DNA from: an uncultured Bdellovibrionales bacterium
Lineage (GTDB): Bacteria; Patescibacteriota; Minisyncoccia; Moranbacterales; UBA1568
Assembly: GCA_964451495.1 (NCBI GenBank)
Contig: CAYVHS010000001.1
Span: forward strand, 69,358 to 133,357
Direction of reading: 5' to 3'
Length of the DNA: 64,000 bases
Positions 10,279 to 19,632 of this stretch are shown here, piece by piece. Every line of letters begins with the position of its first letter. Position 1 is the stretch's first letter. Below the pieces are notes generated by a model that was not told the origin of the DNA, searched no databases, and saw only the letters and a list, made by a program, of their open reading frames with translations. A program made the position numbers and the translations under genes.

Positions 10279-11220
10279 ATGCAGGAAAACCAGCTGTATC
10301 TGTCTGTGGTCGTGCCGCTGTACAACGAAGCAGGAAATGTCACGGAGCTCCACCGGAGGATTCATGAAGCTCTTCTCAAAATTGGTCGTCCGTTTGAAAT
10401 CATTTTTGTTGATGATGGTTCTAAAGACACGACATTAGTAGAAGCCAAATTACTTTCACCTCTTCGTTTGATTTCATTTCGCAAGAATTTCGGACAGACG
10501 GCCGCTTTTGATGCTGGTATCAAAGCCGCGCAGGGAGAGATCGTTGTGACGCTCGATGGTGATTTGCAAAATGACCCAGCGGATATACCGCTCCTTCTCG
10601 AGAAAATAAACGAAGGCTACGATGTCGTTTCTGGATGGCGTTTCAATCGGCAGGATCCATGGAGCAAGAAGATACCTTCTCGCATCGCCAATCTTCTCCG
10701 CAAGATTCTCATCCAGGACAATATCCATGATTCCGGCTGTAGCCTGAAGGCGTATCGTCGTGAGTGTTTCAAAGATGTCGATCTTTTTGGGGAGATGCAT
10801 CGTTTCATCCCGGCTATTCTGGAGCTCGAGGGCTACAAAGTCGGTGAAGTGAAGGTCTCACATCATCCGCGTATTCATGGCGTGACCAAGTATAACTGGA
10901 AGCGCGGTTTCAAAGGTTTTGTCGATATGGTATCGATCTGGTTTTGGCGCAAATATTCTCATCGCCCACTCCATCTCTTTGGAGCGACGGGGGTAGTACT
11001 CTTTGCTATCGGTACTCTGATTTTGGCTTGGATGCTCGTCGTCAAGCTCTACTTCGGAGAATCTCTTTCTGAGCGTATCTGGCCGCTCGTCGGGATTTTC
11101 TTCACTCTCATTGGTGTGCAGATGTTTATTTCTGGATTGCTCGCCGATATCATGGTGCGCAACTATTATCAGACGCGTCATCGGATGAATTACAATATTC
11201 GCGAAGTACGTGAACAATAA
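10279..11220 (+). CDS. GT2 undecaprenyl-phosphate glycosyltransferase (ArnC/GtrB-like)
   Basis: SVVVPLYNE, FVDDGSKD, RKNFGQTAA, DGDLQNDP, HDSGCSLKAYR, EMHRFIP and two C-terminal TMs. Alternative TTG start at 10270. Confidence 0.9.
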   Translation: MQENQLYLSVVVPLYNEAGNVTELHRRIHEALLKIGRPFEIIFVDDGSKDTTLVEAKLLSPLRLISFRKNFGQTAAFDAGIKAAQGEIVVTLDGDLQNDPADIPLLLEKINEGYDVVSGWRFNRQDPWSKKIPSRIANLLRKILIQDNIHDSGCSLKAYRRECFKDVDLFGEMHRFIPAILELEGYKVGEVKVSHHPRIHGVTKYNWKRGFKGFVDMVSIWFWRKYSHRPLHLFGATGVVLFAIGTLILAWMLVVKLYFGESLSERIWPLVGIFFTLIGVQMFISGLLADIMVRNYYQTRHRMNYNIREVREQ

Positions 11221-11222
11221 AT

Positions 11223-11253
11223 TTTATTGTTAATTGTTGATTGTTAACTGACT
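11223..11253. repeat. Degenerate heptamer tandem repeat (intergenic)
   Basis: tattgtt aattgtt gattgtt aactgac; 7-nt period. Confidence 0.6.
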
Positions 11254-11254
11254 T

Positions 11255-12562
11255 ATGAAACTGACTTTCATCGGGACGGGATATGTGGGATTAGTGACGG
11301 GAACCTGTATGGCAGAATTGGGGCATACGGTGATTTGTGCTGATATCGATAGGAAGAAAATCACCAAACTTAAGAAGGGTATCATGCCCATCTATGAGCT
11401 AGGCCTCGAAGAGCTCGTTGCCAAGAATGTAAAAGAGGGGCGACTCTCATTCACGACTTCAATCGGTCAGGCGATCAAAGAGTCCGAAGTTGTGTTCAGC
11501 GCTGTCGGTACGCCAGAGGACAAAAAGACAGGCAAAGCGGATATGCAGTATGTGCATGCGGTTGCCGAGACATTTGGGAAAAATCTCAACGGGTACAAGA
11601 TTCTCGTCAATAAATCGACGGTACCCGTGGGCACGGCTGATGTTGTGCGTGATATCGTAACCCATGCCAGTAAGGGAAAATATGAGTTTGATATCGTTTC
11701 CAATCCCGAGTTTCTCCGTGAAGGCGCGGCTATCAAAGACTTCCTTAACCCGGATCGTGTCGTCGTAGGTGTGGCTTCTGATCGAGCTAAGGAAGTGATG
11801 GAAAAGATTTATCGTCCCATCGCTCGAGCTGGACGTCCGGTCATGGTGACAGATATCCGCAGTGCCGAGCTCATTAAATATGCTTCCAACGCGTTTCTCG
11901 CGGTAAAGATCACCTTTGCAAATGAGATGGCAAATTTTTGCGAACTGGCTGGTGCCAATATCAAAGAGGTAGCTAGGGGAATGGGGGCAGATAGTCGTAT
12001 CGGGTCGCGATTTCTCTATGCTGGTATCGGATACGGCGGGTCATGCTTTCCCAAAGATGTTCAGGCGCTCATGGAGACAGGCAAGGAATACGGTTTCGAC
12101 TTCTCCATTATCAAGGCAGCCGATAGAGTGAATGATACACAGAAACTCCGCCCCATCGAGCTTTTGAAGCGTCAGTATAAGAATTTGAAAGGGAAAACAA
12201 TCGGTATTTGGGGTTTGTCATTCAAGCCACGTACTGATGATGTCCGTGAGGCACCAGCTCGGTACATTATCGAAGAGCTTCTCGGAGCAGGGGCCAAAGT
12301 GCAGGCGTTTGATCCCGTAGCCATAGAGAGTTTCCGATTGTCGTTTCCGGATAAGCGCGTGAAATATGTTGCCAGCGCATACGATGCGGTGGATGGCGTT
12401 GACGCCCTTATTATTTGTACCGAATGGGATGAATTTCGAACAGTAGAATATCCCGAAATGGTGTCTCGTATGAAGGGTCGTGTCATCGTTGATGGCCGCA
12501 ACATCTTTGAACGCAAGGAAGCAGAAAAAGAAGGATTTACCTATTTTGGTATCGGAGTTTAG
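11255..12562 (+). CDS. ugd: UDP-glucose 6-dehydrogenase
   Basis: IGTGYVGLV, KSTVPVGT, SNPEFLREG, GYGGSCFPKD (catalytic Cys), GLSFKPRTDDVRE. Confidence 0.93.
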   Translation: MKLTFIGTGYVGLVTGTCMAELGHTVICADIDRKKITKLKKGIMPIYELGLEELVAKNVKEGRLSFTTSIGQAIKESEVVFSAVGTPEDKKTGKADMQYVHAVAETFGKNLNGYKILVNKSTVPVGTADVVRDIVTHASKGKYEFDIVSNPEFLREGAAIKDFLNPDRVVVGVASDRAKEVMEKIYRPIARAGRPVMVTDIRSAELIKYASNAFLAVKITFANEMANFCELAGANIKEVARGMGADSRIGSRFLYAGIGYGGSCFPKDVQALMETGKEYGFDFSIIKAADRVNDTQKLRPIELLKRQYKNLKGKTIGIWGLSFKPRTDDVREAPARYIIEELLGAGAKVQAFDPVAIESFRLSFPDKRVKYVASAYDAVDGVDALIICTEWDEFRTVEYPEMVSRMKGRVIVDGRNIFERKEAEKEGFTYFGIGV

Positions 12563-12565
12563 CGC

Positions 12566-13732
12566 ATGAAAATACTCTTTCTCAACTACGAATATCCGCC
12601 ACTTGGTGGTGGGGCGGCCAATGCGACGGCGTATCTTTTGGATGAGTTTGCCAAGATGCCGGACATGGAAGTGCATCTCGTCACTTCGGCCATCGGCCCA
12701 AGTATCGAACACCTGCGCGTGGGCGAGCGGGTGCACGTTCATCGGTTGCCCATCGGTAAAAATCCGAGTAACCTCCATACTCAATCCATGCGAGATATAC
12801 TGGTGTATACCTGGAAGGCATGGATGTTTGCGTATCAGTTGGTGCGACGCGAAGAGAAACCGTTCGATGCGACACTGGCTTTCTTTACCGTACCGTGTGG
12901 TTTTTTGGCGTATCTTTTCAAAATATTTTTCCGTATCCCGTATCTCGTGGCACTCCGAGGATCGGATGTACCGGGGTATAACCAGAAATATGCCGTCCTC
13001 TATATTTTTCTTAGGCCTCTGATTCGGCTGATCTGGTCCAGAGCGGCCCGAGTAATCCCCAATAGCGAAGGACTTTGTGATTTGGCGCGACAGACAGCAT
13101 CTCGCCAAGTGTTTGACATCGTACCCAATGGTGTCGACACCAAGCAGTTTTTCCCCGCGTACGATAAGCGGCCGGCAGATCAATACATCATCACCCCGGG
13201 GGCATCGCGCATCACCGATCGCAAAGGATTGGTCTATTTAGTAGATGCTGTCGCAGAGTTAGTACCACGCTATCCGCAACTGCATGTGAAAATCATGGGG
13301 GATGGGAGTGGTCGACCAGCACTCGAATCCTTGGTCAAAGAAAAAGCACTAGAATCACATGTCACGTTTATTGGTCGTGTCCCGAGAGAGGGTACTCTCT
13401 TGTATTATCAGGAAGCGTCACTTTTTGTGTTGCCATCCATCAATGAGGGTATGAGTAATGCTATGCTCGAGGCATTGGCTTGTGGTCTACCTATTATCGC
13501 TACTGAAACAACTGGGGGGACCAAAGAATTGGTGGAAAACGGGAAAAACGGCGTGACAGTGCCACTCCGATCTGCCTCAAAAATCGCCGAGGCTATCGAA
13601 GGATTTCTCCGCTCTCCAGAGCGGAGAGAAATGTATGGGATAGAGAGTCGTAGACGAGCGGAGCTCCATAGTTGGAATACTGTAGCTGAACAATTCAAAA
13701 AATTATTTGAGATGAGTGTCCAAAAGAAGTAA
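12566..13732 (+). CDS. GT4 family glycosyltransferase
   Basis: EYPPLGGG, VPNGVD, RKG, EGMSNAMLEALACGLP. Confidence 0.92.
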   Translation: MKILFLNYEYPPLGGGAANATAYLLDEFAKMPDMEVHLVTSAIGPSIEHLRVGERVHVHRLPIGKNPSNLHTQSMRDILVYTWKAWMFAYQLVRREEKPFDATLAFFTVPCGFLAYLFKIFFRIPYLVALRGSDVPGYNQKYAVLYIFLRPLIRLIWSRAARVIPNSEGLCDLARQTASRQVFDIVPNGVDTKQFFPAYDKRPADQYIITPGASRITDRKGLVYLVDAVAELVPRYPQLHVKIMGDGSGRPALESLVKEKALESHVTFIGRVPREGTLLYYQEASLFVLPSINEGMSNAMLEALACGLPIIATETTGGTKELVENGKNGVTVPLRSASKIAEAIEGFLRSPERREMYGIESRRRAELHSWNTVAEQFKKLFEMSVQKK

Positions 13733-13742
13733 ACGAAATCGT

Positions 13743-14672
13743 ATGAAAAAAATACTTCTTTTTGGTCTGAAAATTATTGTTAGTTTCGGATTGGTGCTAT
13801 GGCTCGTCGAGCGCGTGGATTGGGGAGTGGTCGGGACGCAGCTCTATGCTGTTTCGATACCACTTCTCCTCCTTTATGTTGTCTTCCAATTACTCGGCAA
13901 CCTCATCTCGGCTCGGAAGTGGCAGATCATCGCGAGTTTCAAGGGACTCGAGTTCACAGTCAAAGAAGGATTTTTCACTTATCTGACAGGAGCGTTCATC
14001 AATAATTTCCTGCCTTCGACCATCGGTGGAGATGCGTATCGTGGGATATGGCTCGCCAATCGTTCCGGAGCCAAGGCCGCATCGCTTTCTACGGTGGTAT
14101 TTGATCGTTTCATCGGGCTCTGGACGATGGCGATTCTCGCTCTTGGGATGAGCGCTCTCCTCTGGCCGTTTGCAGCGGAGAATATACCGCTTCTGCTCAC
14201 GCTGGGGGCGCTTATTGGATTTCTCGTCATCGATCTCGTCATTACATATCTCTATTGTCGTCCATGGTTCCACGATTTCGTGACACGTATCCCGTTTCAT
14301 AAATTGCGTCGGCTGCTTGAAGAAGTCATTTTTTATACAAAAAAACACATCTGGTGGCGGACGAGTCTTTGGTCAGCGCTGTTTATGTTGGTCGGCGTCG
14401 GACTGTCCAATTTCACGCTTTTTCACGCGCTCGGAAGCGATATTGGGATAGTGCATTTTTTCAGTGTAATCTTCCTCGTGACGATCATTTCGGCTGTGCC
14501 GCTCTCAATCAACAACATCGGTATCAAGGAGTGGGCCTACGTGACATTTTTCGCGCTCGTAGGCGTGAGTCCCGAAACAGCGGTGACGGTGGCACTCCTT
14601 TCTCGCTTCATGCAGATGATTATTTCTTTCATTGCCTTGCCGCAGTACTGGCAGAGCAGAAGAGGGAAATAG
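13743..14672 (+). CDS. Lysylphosphatidylglycerol-synthase TM/UPF0104 flippase-like membrane protein
   Basis: ARKW, NNFLPSTIGGDAYR, VVFDRFIG, PLSINNIGIKE. Start moved to MKKILLF. Confidence 0.85.
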   Translation: MKKILLFGLKIIVSFGLVLWLVERVDWGVVGTQLYAVSIPLLLLYVVFQLLGNLISARKWQIIASFKGLEFTVKEGFFTYLTGAFINNFLPSTIGGDAYRGIWLANRSGAKAASLSTVVFDRFIGLWTMAILALGMSALLWPFAAENIPLLLTLGALIGFLVIDLVITYLYCRPWFHDFVTRIPFHKLRRLLEEVIFYTKKHIWWRTSLWSALFMLVGVGLSNFTLFHALGSDIGIVHFFSVIFLVTIISAVPLSINNIGIKEWAYVTFFALVGVSPETAVTVALLSRFMQMIISFIALPQYWQSRRGK

Positions 14673-14690
14673 CAGAAAAACTTTTTCAGT

Positions 14691-14735
14691 AAAAAAAATC
14701 CCCGAACAGTTCTCTAGTGGAGAAGGTCGGGGATT
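14691..14735 (-). terminator. Intrinsic terminator of orphan 14751..15227
   Basis: Stem aatccccga/tcggggatt preceded by an A-tract (U-tract on the minus strand). Confidence 0.65.
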
Positions 14736-14750
14736 GCCTGGCCGCGCTGG

Positions 14751-15227
14751 TTACGCGGTAGCGGCAATGCTTGAGGACGACGGGGGCGCTGTCGATATCA
14801 TCGAGATGACATTGGCCGGCAGCGAGGGGAGGTCTTGCTCAATTCGCAATACGAGTTCGCTGTTTACATCGCAGGCGAGTTCATAGCCGTTCTTGAACGA
14901 AAGTGGCTCGTTCCGTTTCTTGATGTACTCTTTGACTTCAAGAGTGAAGAGCTGCAGCACCGCGTCTTCGCTATCGGTTTTGCTCAGGCGCAGTGCCGAG
15001 AGCAGAGCCGTTGAAAAGGCCATCGTGGGCATCTTGTCGCTCGAAAGAGGCAGTGGATTTTCGTCCACGTACCGCATGAGACTGGATGCGACTTCGTGCA
15101 CTATGATGCACAGCTCTTTTCCCACTGATTCAACAACGCCTCGCTTGAAAAACTCGTGAAGCAAACCTCTACCCCTGAGCACTTCTTTGACGAGGTTGGT
15201 GCTGGGGAATTCTGCTTTGATAGGCAT
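14751..15227 (-). CDS. Hypothetical protein (orphan cassette)
   Basis: 158 aa, with SD aaaggag upstream, its own promoter and its own terminator. Confidence 0.7.
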   Translation of the reverse strand: MPIKAEFPSTNLVKEVLRGRGLLHEFFKRGVVESVGKELCIIVHEVASSLMRYVDENPLPLSSDKMPTMAFSTALLSALRLSKTDSEDAVLQLFTLEVKEYIKKRNEPLSFKNGYELACDVNSELVLRIEQDLPSLPANVISMISTAPPSSSSIAATA

Positions 15228-15289
15228 AGCTACTCCTTTTGGTTGTGGTGCTACGGTTGGGTTGTACTACGAAGAACTACTATTTTTTC

Positions 15290-15318
15290 ATTATGGCACA
15301 GAAAGTGCCAATCGTCAA
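15290..15318 (-). promoter_or_regulatory. Sigma70-type promoter with palindromic operator in the spacer
   Basis: TTGACG-17-CATAAT on the minus strand; TGGCAC-agaaa-GTGCCA at 15294-15310. Confidence 0.6.
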
Positions 15319-15360
15319 CACCGACATGGATTCATGCCAGGGTCTCAGTCTTTTCTATCA

Positions 15361-17664
15361 TTATTTCGCTGTTGGGTCAACAAATTTGAAGACTTTGACG
15401 TAATGACTGGGGCGACCATTGATATCGATCTCGAAAGTGGGGTCGGTGCGGGTGTAATACTGCTCGAAATGGATGAGTCCTGGTTTCTGGGTCAGGATGT
15501 CACCGGCCATCATCTTGGTCGTGCGGCTCTCGCGGCCAGCCGAGACGACGATATAGTCAAGGCCGTCATTTCGGAGTTTCAGATAGTCGAGGCCGCGTTT
15601 GCATCGACCGACGAAGAATTTGCAGACACCGTCTTTGTCTGTCCAGATGAGCATGTCTTCGGCATGAGGGAGTTTGTTGAGTTGTTTGGCGACTTCATAG
15701 CTGCCCGCACCCATGTCTTTGACATCGATATGGTATTTGCCAGGGAGTATGGTCGAGGCATAGGAGAGAGGAAATGGAGTAGAGAGGAGAGAGAGGAGGC
15801 CGAAGATAGTGAGGGCTGAAGCAGTGAATACCGGCGTGGGCATGTCTTTCAGTTTGAGTCTTCTATGAGCCAAGACGGCCAGGTGCTCGAGAGCAATACC
15901 GGCGATAATAGCCGCCATTGGGTAGAGGATGATCTGATAGCGAGTGATGGCCCCGACGTGGTTTATCGTCGTACCGAAATAATAGAGGAGGATGAAGATG
16001 ACGAAATAAAATGAAGTACGGAGAGCGACCGATTCGATAAAGTGTTTGCGTGTGAAAAAAAACGGCGTGATGAGAAGGAGGAGGAAAATGAGTGGAGTGA
16101 CACCGAAAAAGAGCGGATAGAAATTGGTGAGATAGGCTCCGGCAAAAGCGCTTTTGCTCGCTATCGATTTGGGCGAGGCGAGCAGGTCCATGAAATCGTA
16201 AAGTGGCATACCTGCCCACGTGTTCACTATCATAAATGTGGCCGTGCCGAGGAATATCGCGCTCACGATGGCGGCGATAGAGTACTTGATCTTTTCGAGG
16301 AGTGAGAGGAGTGCAGCGACAATACGGGATTTATTGAAGCGGTCATCGATCAGGATGAACAGAACGAGGATGATGAATAGAGGAGCGACTTTCTCAAATG
16401 CTTGGCTGAAGATAGTACCAGAGAGGAGCTTGGAAGGCTTGATCCAGACGGCTGGGAAGAGGATATAGAATGTGGTCAGAGCTGCGAAGAGAAGGAGAGC
16501 AAAGTCTTTGAGCGATTTTTTGAGATACTCCGAGAAAGAGAGGAGATTTTCTTTCGGATGGTACAGGTATTCGAGGAACATGAGGCCGAGAAAAAACACA
16601 AAGAGTATATTGGCCACGTATTTAGTGAGGAGTGCCAGCCCGAGGAATATACCCGAGAAAATGATATAACGGAACGAACGACGCCTAAGAAAGACGAGAT
16701 ACGCAATGAGTGAGAGTGGAGTGAAGATCCAGAGGAGCGAATCGGGGTTGATGATTTTGGTCATGCCAATCAGGATAGGAGATGTGGCGATGAAGACATA
16801 GCAAAAGAGAGCACTTCGTCGGCCGAGAAGGCGTTCGAGGAAGAAATAGAAGAGTGGCAAGAGGAGCGTGATGACGATGAGGAGGGGTAGGCGGTAGGCA
16901 AGATAAAAGCCCTCAACATCATTTTTCAAGTTATAGATTTCTCCTTCGCGATGCTCAGTCTTGAAATCGCTCGTACCCTTGAACCATAGTCCGGGTCCAG
17001 TAGCCAACGCGATGGTGATACCTGGTTTGTCGCTGATACTCGTACCTTTCCAGTCACGCTCGCCAATATTTTTCCAATACTTCGCGATGCGACCATCGAG
17101 CCAGAGCGGTTCGTCGACAGCGGCATATTGAGTCAATCGATAGGCACCAAAGGTGAAAAAGAGCGCTGTGGTAAAGATGATGAGGAGGAGTGTCGGCAAG
17201 CCCTGGGAACGGAGCCATTCTTTCGTAGTTTGAGCTTCGTTATCTAGGGGTTTGATCTGGCGCTCTTTGTCGATATAGAAAGCCGAGATGAGGATGCCCG
17301 AGAGTATGGCATACCCGCCCAGGGCGACCTGAAAGAGGTAGTGGAAATTTCTGGATTCATTGACTGCATACACAAAGAGGATGACTCCGGGTAACCAGAT
17401 GAGGAGGAGGGCAGAGAGGTATTTTTTCCAGTCGATCAGTGCTTGTTTCGCCGTGGTCGAGGAGTGGAAGAAAGCGATGCTCCCGATGGTCAGGATTGCA
17501 AGAATGAGAAATCCGATATAAAAAGGCCGGTTACTTTCTATGGGGAGCCTGAGAAGAATAAGCGTTTTGACTTGACGAGCGATAAAGAAGAGGGTAACGA
17601 GAGCGATGAACGATGAAAGGATGCCATAGACGCGATGTTCTGCGCTCTCGAAAAAGGCTTGCAT
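15361..17664 (-). CDS. GT-C fold polytopic glycosyltransferase with extra N-terminal TM region
   Basis: VDEPLW..SDKPG, IINPDSLLW, LLTKY. The C-terminus (FEIDINGRPSHYVKVFK) matches 8289..10136. Confidence 0.8.
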   Translation of the reverse strand: MQAFFESAEHRVYGILSSFIALVTLFFIARQVKTLILLRLPIESNRPFYIGFLILAILTIGSIAFFHSSTTAKQALIDWKKYLSALLLIWLPGVILFVYAVNESRNFHYLFQVALGGYAILSGILISAFYIDKERQIKPLDNEAQTTKEWLRSQGLPTLLLIIFTTALFFTFGAYRLTQYAAVDEPLWLDGRIAKYWKNIGERDWKGTSISDKPGITIALATGPGLWFKGTSDFKTEHREGEIYNLKNDVEGFYLAYRLPLLIVITLLLPLFYFFLERLLGRRSALFCYVFIATSPILIGMTKIINPDSLLWIFTPLSLIAYLVFLRRRSFRYIIFSGIFLGLALLTKYVANILFVFFLGLMFLEYLYHPKENLLSFSEYLKKSLKDFALLLFAALTTFYILFPAVWIKPSKLLSGTIFSQAFEKVAPLFIILVLFILIDDRFNKSRIVAALLSLLEKIKYSIAAIVSAIFLGTATFMIVNTWAGMPLYDFMDLLASPKSIASKSAFAGAYLTNFYPLFFGVTPLIFLLLLITPFFFTRKHFIESVALRTSFYFVIFILLYYFGTTINHVGAITRYQIILYPMAAIIAGIALEHLAVLAHRRLKLKDMPTPVFTASALTIFGLLSLLSTPFPLSYASTILPGKYHIDVKDMGAGSYEVAKQLNKLPHAEDMLIWTDKDGVCKFFVGRCKRGLDYLKLRNDGLDYIVVSAGRESRTTKMMAGDILTQKPGLIHFEQYYTRTDPTFEIDINGRPSHYVKVFKFVDPTAK

Positions 17665-17756
17665 AGGGGTTTGCTTAAGGTTGAGAAATGGTCTAAAATT
17701 AGGGATAAACAGGAGTTTATCCTCTCCATCCTAGCGTAAACAACGGAAAAAAGGAA

Positions 17757-19550
17757 GTGATAAAATTTTCTTCGAAACAACTGGTGATCTGTGCTCTCGT
17801 CGCCATCATGGCGCTCGGGTTCTTTCTCAGGTCGTATCATTTTTCTGATTGGCTCCATTTTGAGCTCGATCAGGCTCGTGATGCTCGTGTCGTCGATGAT
17901 GGTCTGCGTGGAGATTTCTTCGATCTGCCGCTCCTCGGCCCCAAGGCCGGTGGTACGACACTCAGACTTCCGCCGGCGTTCTATTATCTAGAATATGCGA
18001 GTGCCGTCGTGTTTGGCGGATCAGTAGTGAGTATGGCGATATTTGTCATGGTGCTGTCCGTGTTCTCTATTCCGATTTTCTATCTCCTCACGAGGCGTTA
18101 TTTTTCGGTGAAATTCGCTTTGGGGCTCACCTTGACTTTCGCTGTATCTGAATTTTTCGTTATGTATAGCCGGTTCGCTTGGAATCCCAATCTCATACCG
18201 TTTTTCACACTCTTGGGATGGTATGCACTCCTTCGGTCGGTAGATCGTGAGGAAAAATACAAAGAACGATGGTTCCTCGTAGCCGTTTCTATGCTCGCGC
18301 TCGCTATGCAGTTTCACTTTCTCGCTTTTGTGGCGATACCAGTTATCGCGGGTGGATTTTTCTTACTTCGTTTCCGTAGGTTTTCTTGGAAGACATGGAT
18401 TGGCGCGTTCATAATTGTGGGTATTCTCTATCTACCGATGATGCTCAATGAGACAGAGACGGGCTTTGCAAATTCGAAAGCATTTGTGAATGCTGCTACC
18501 AAGAAATCTACCAAGAGCGAACATTCACTCCTCGAAAAAGCCATCCGTGGTACTTCGGAGCACGCGCTTTATGGTATGGTCATCACTACCGGTTTCGAGC
18601 GAGGGACTTTCCCAGCTATCGTGATCGGTACAGAGTCAGGCGAGCTCATCGGTCGAGCCTGCGACGAGCGTTGTGATCGTGGCAAATGGTACGGAGTAGC
18701 AGCGGTTTTCGTCTTTGGTGCATCGATTATCGCTCTCGTGTATCTGCGGTGGCGAGAATCAATCCGGAGAAAGTCTGATTTTCTGTTGTTGATGGGTATT
18801 TGGATCGGGGTGACATTTCTCTTATTTCTGCCGCTCGCCTATGATATGGCCCCGAGATTTTTTCTCCTTTCTGGTCCGGTATTTTTTATCCTTATTGGAT
18901 TACTGCTGTTCCTTATTAAGCATTTTTTTGGTGAGCGGAAAATCGGTCGTCAAATCGTCATGTGGGGAATCGTTCTTTTGGTTGTTTCTAATCTTTTTTC
19001 TCTGAACGTGCGTTTCGATGAGCTGGCACGGGCCAAGATAGATGCCATCGATAGCCCGCCGGACCGTATCTTAAAAGAGCGCATCCGCGTGACGCTCGAA
19101 CAACAGAATGCTATCGTTGATTTCCTCGAGATCCGTTCGGGAGAGACTGGGTATCCCGTCTATATGTGGAGCGAGCCACAGTATCGCCGGGCACTCAAAT
19201 ATTTGATGGAAAAGCGTGGCATTCGAAATGGCGTCCTCGGGTTTGATGGCATTTACCAGGAAGGCGTGTACTATCTCATCTTGCGGGCACAATCCGATAT
19301 CGAAGATGCTCTCCTCAAATACCGTACGAGCTATACTGTCGGCGAGACGATTTCTTTCGGAACACTGATTGCTGTCGAGATGATACCAAAACCGGAAGTT
19401 ATCCATACTATCAGTCAGGATTTTTCCAAAGTGAAGCCAAATGATTCTCTCGGGCTACCGCGCTACACATGGCGTGAATTTTTCGCGAGGAGTTCGGCTG
19501 CTAGGGCGGTGGACGACGATACGCAAGATGAAATAGATGCAGCATTATAA
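17757..19550 (+). CDS. GT-C fold polytopic glycosyltransferase (ArnT/PMT-like)
   Basis: WLHFELDQARD..LPLLGP, SRFAWNPNLIPFF, QFHF; GTG start. Confidence 0.8.
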   Translation: MIKFSSKQLVICALVAIMALGFFLRSYHFSDWLHFELDQARDARVVDDGLRGDFFDLPLLGPKAGGTTLRLPPAFYYLEYASAVVFGGSVVSMAIFVMVLSVFSIPIFYLLTRRYFSVKFALGLTLTFAVSEFFVMYSRFAWNPNLIPFFTLLGWYALLRSVDREEKYKERWFLVAVSMLALAMQFHFLAFVAIPVIAGGFFLLRFRRFSWKTWIGAFIIVGILYLPMMLNETETGFANSKAFVNAATKKSTKSEHSLLEKAIRGTSEHALYGMVITTGFERGTFPAIVIGTESGELIGRACDERCDRGKWYGVAAVFVFGASIIALVYLRWRESIRRKSDFLLLMGIWIGVTFLLFLPLAYDMAPRFFLLSGPVFFILIGLLLFLIKHFFGERKIGRQIVMWGIVLLVVSNLFSLNVRFDELARAKIDAIDSPPDRILKERIRVTLEQQNAIVDFLEIRSGETGYPVYMWSEPQYRRALKYLMEKRGIRNGVLGFDGIYQEGVYYLILRAQSDIEDALLKYRTSYTVGETISFGTLIAVEMIPKPEVIHTISQDFSKVKPNDSLGLPRYTWREFFARSSAARAVDDDTQDEIDAAL

Positions 19551-19558
19551 AAGAATCC

Positions 19559-19590
19559 TATGCCCGATAGTGAAACTTCGACCGGGTATA
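19559..19590. repeat. Short copy of the terminal repeat of the 37988-38075 element
   Basis: tatgcccgatagtgaaacttcgaccgggtata; shares ccc..tagtgaaacttcga with the element ends. Confidence 0.6.
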
Positions 19591-19632
19591 AATATCGCAC
19601 TAATACATTAATGTGAGCTTCAGCGGTTTTCC

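Noticed and set aside
12218-13183. 321-aa minus-strand ORF and other long antisense ORFs (15187, 29797, 36160, 42409, 52770, 57153)
   Set aside because: They are shadows of well-supported genes on the opposite strand and show no motifs.
15294-15311. Sigma54 promoter from TGGCAC
   Set aside because: The -12 element does not match TTGC; it is better read as a palindrome inside a sigma70 promoter.
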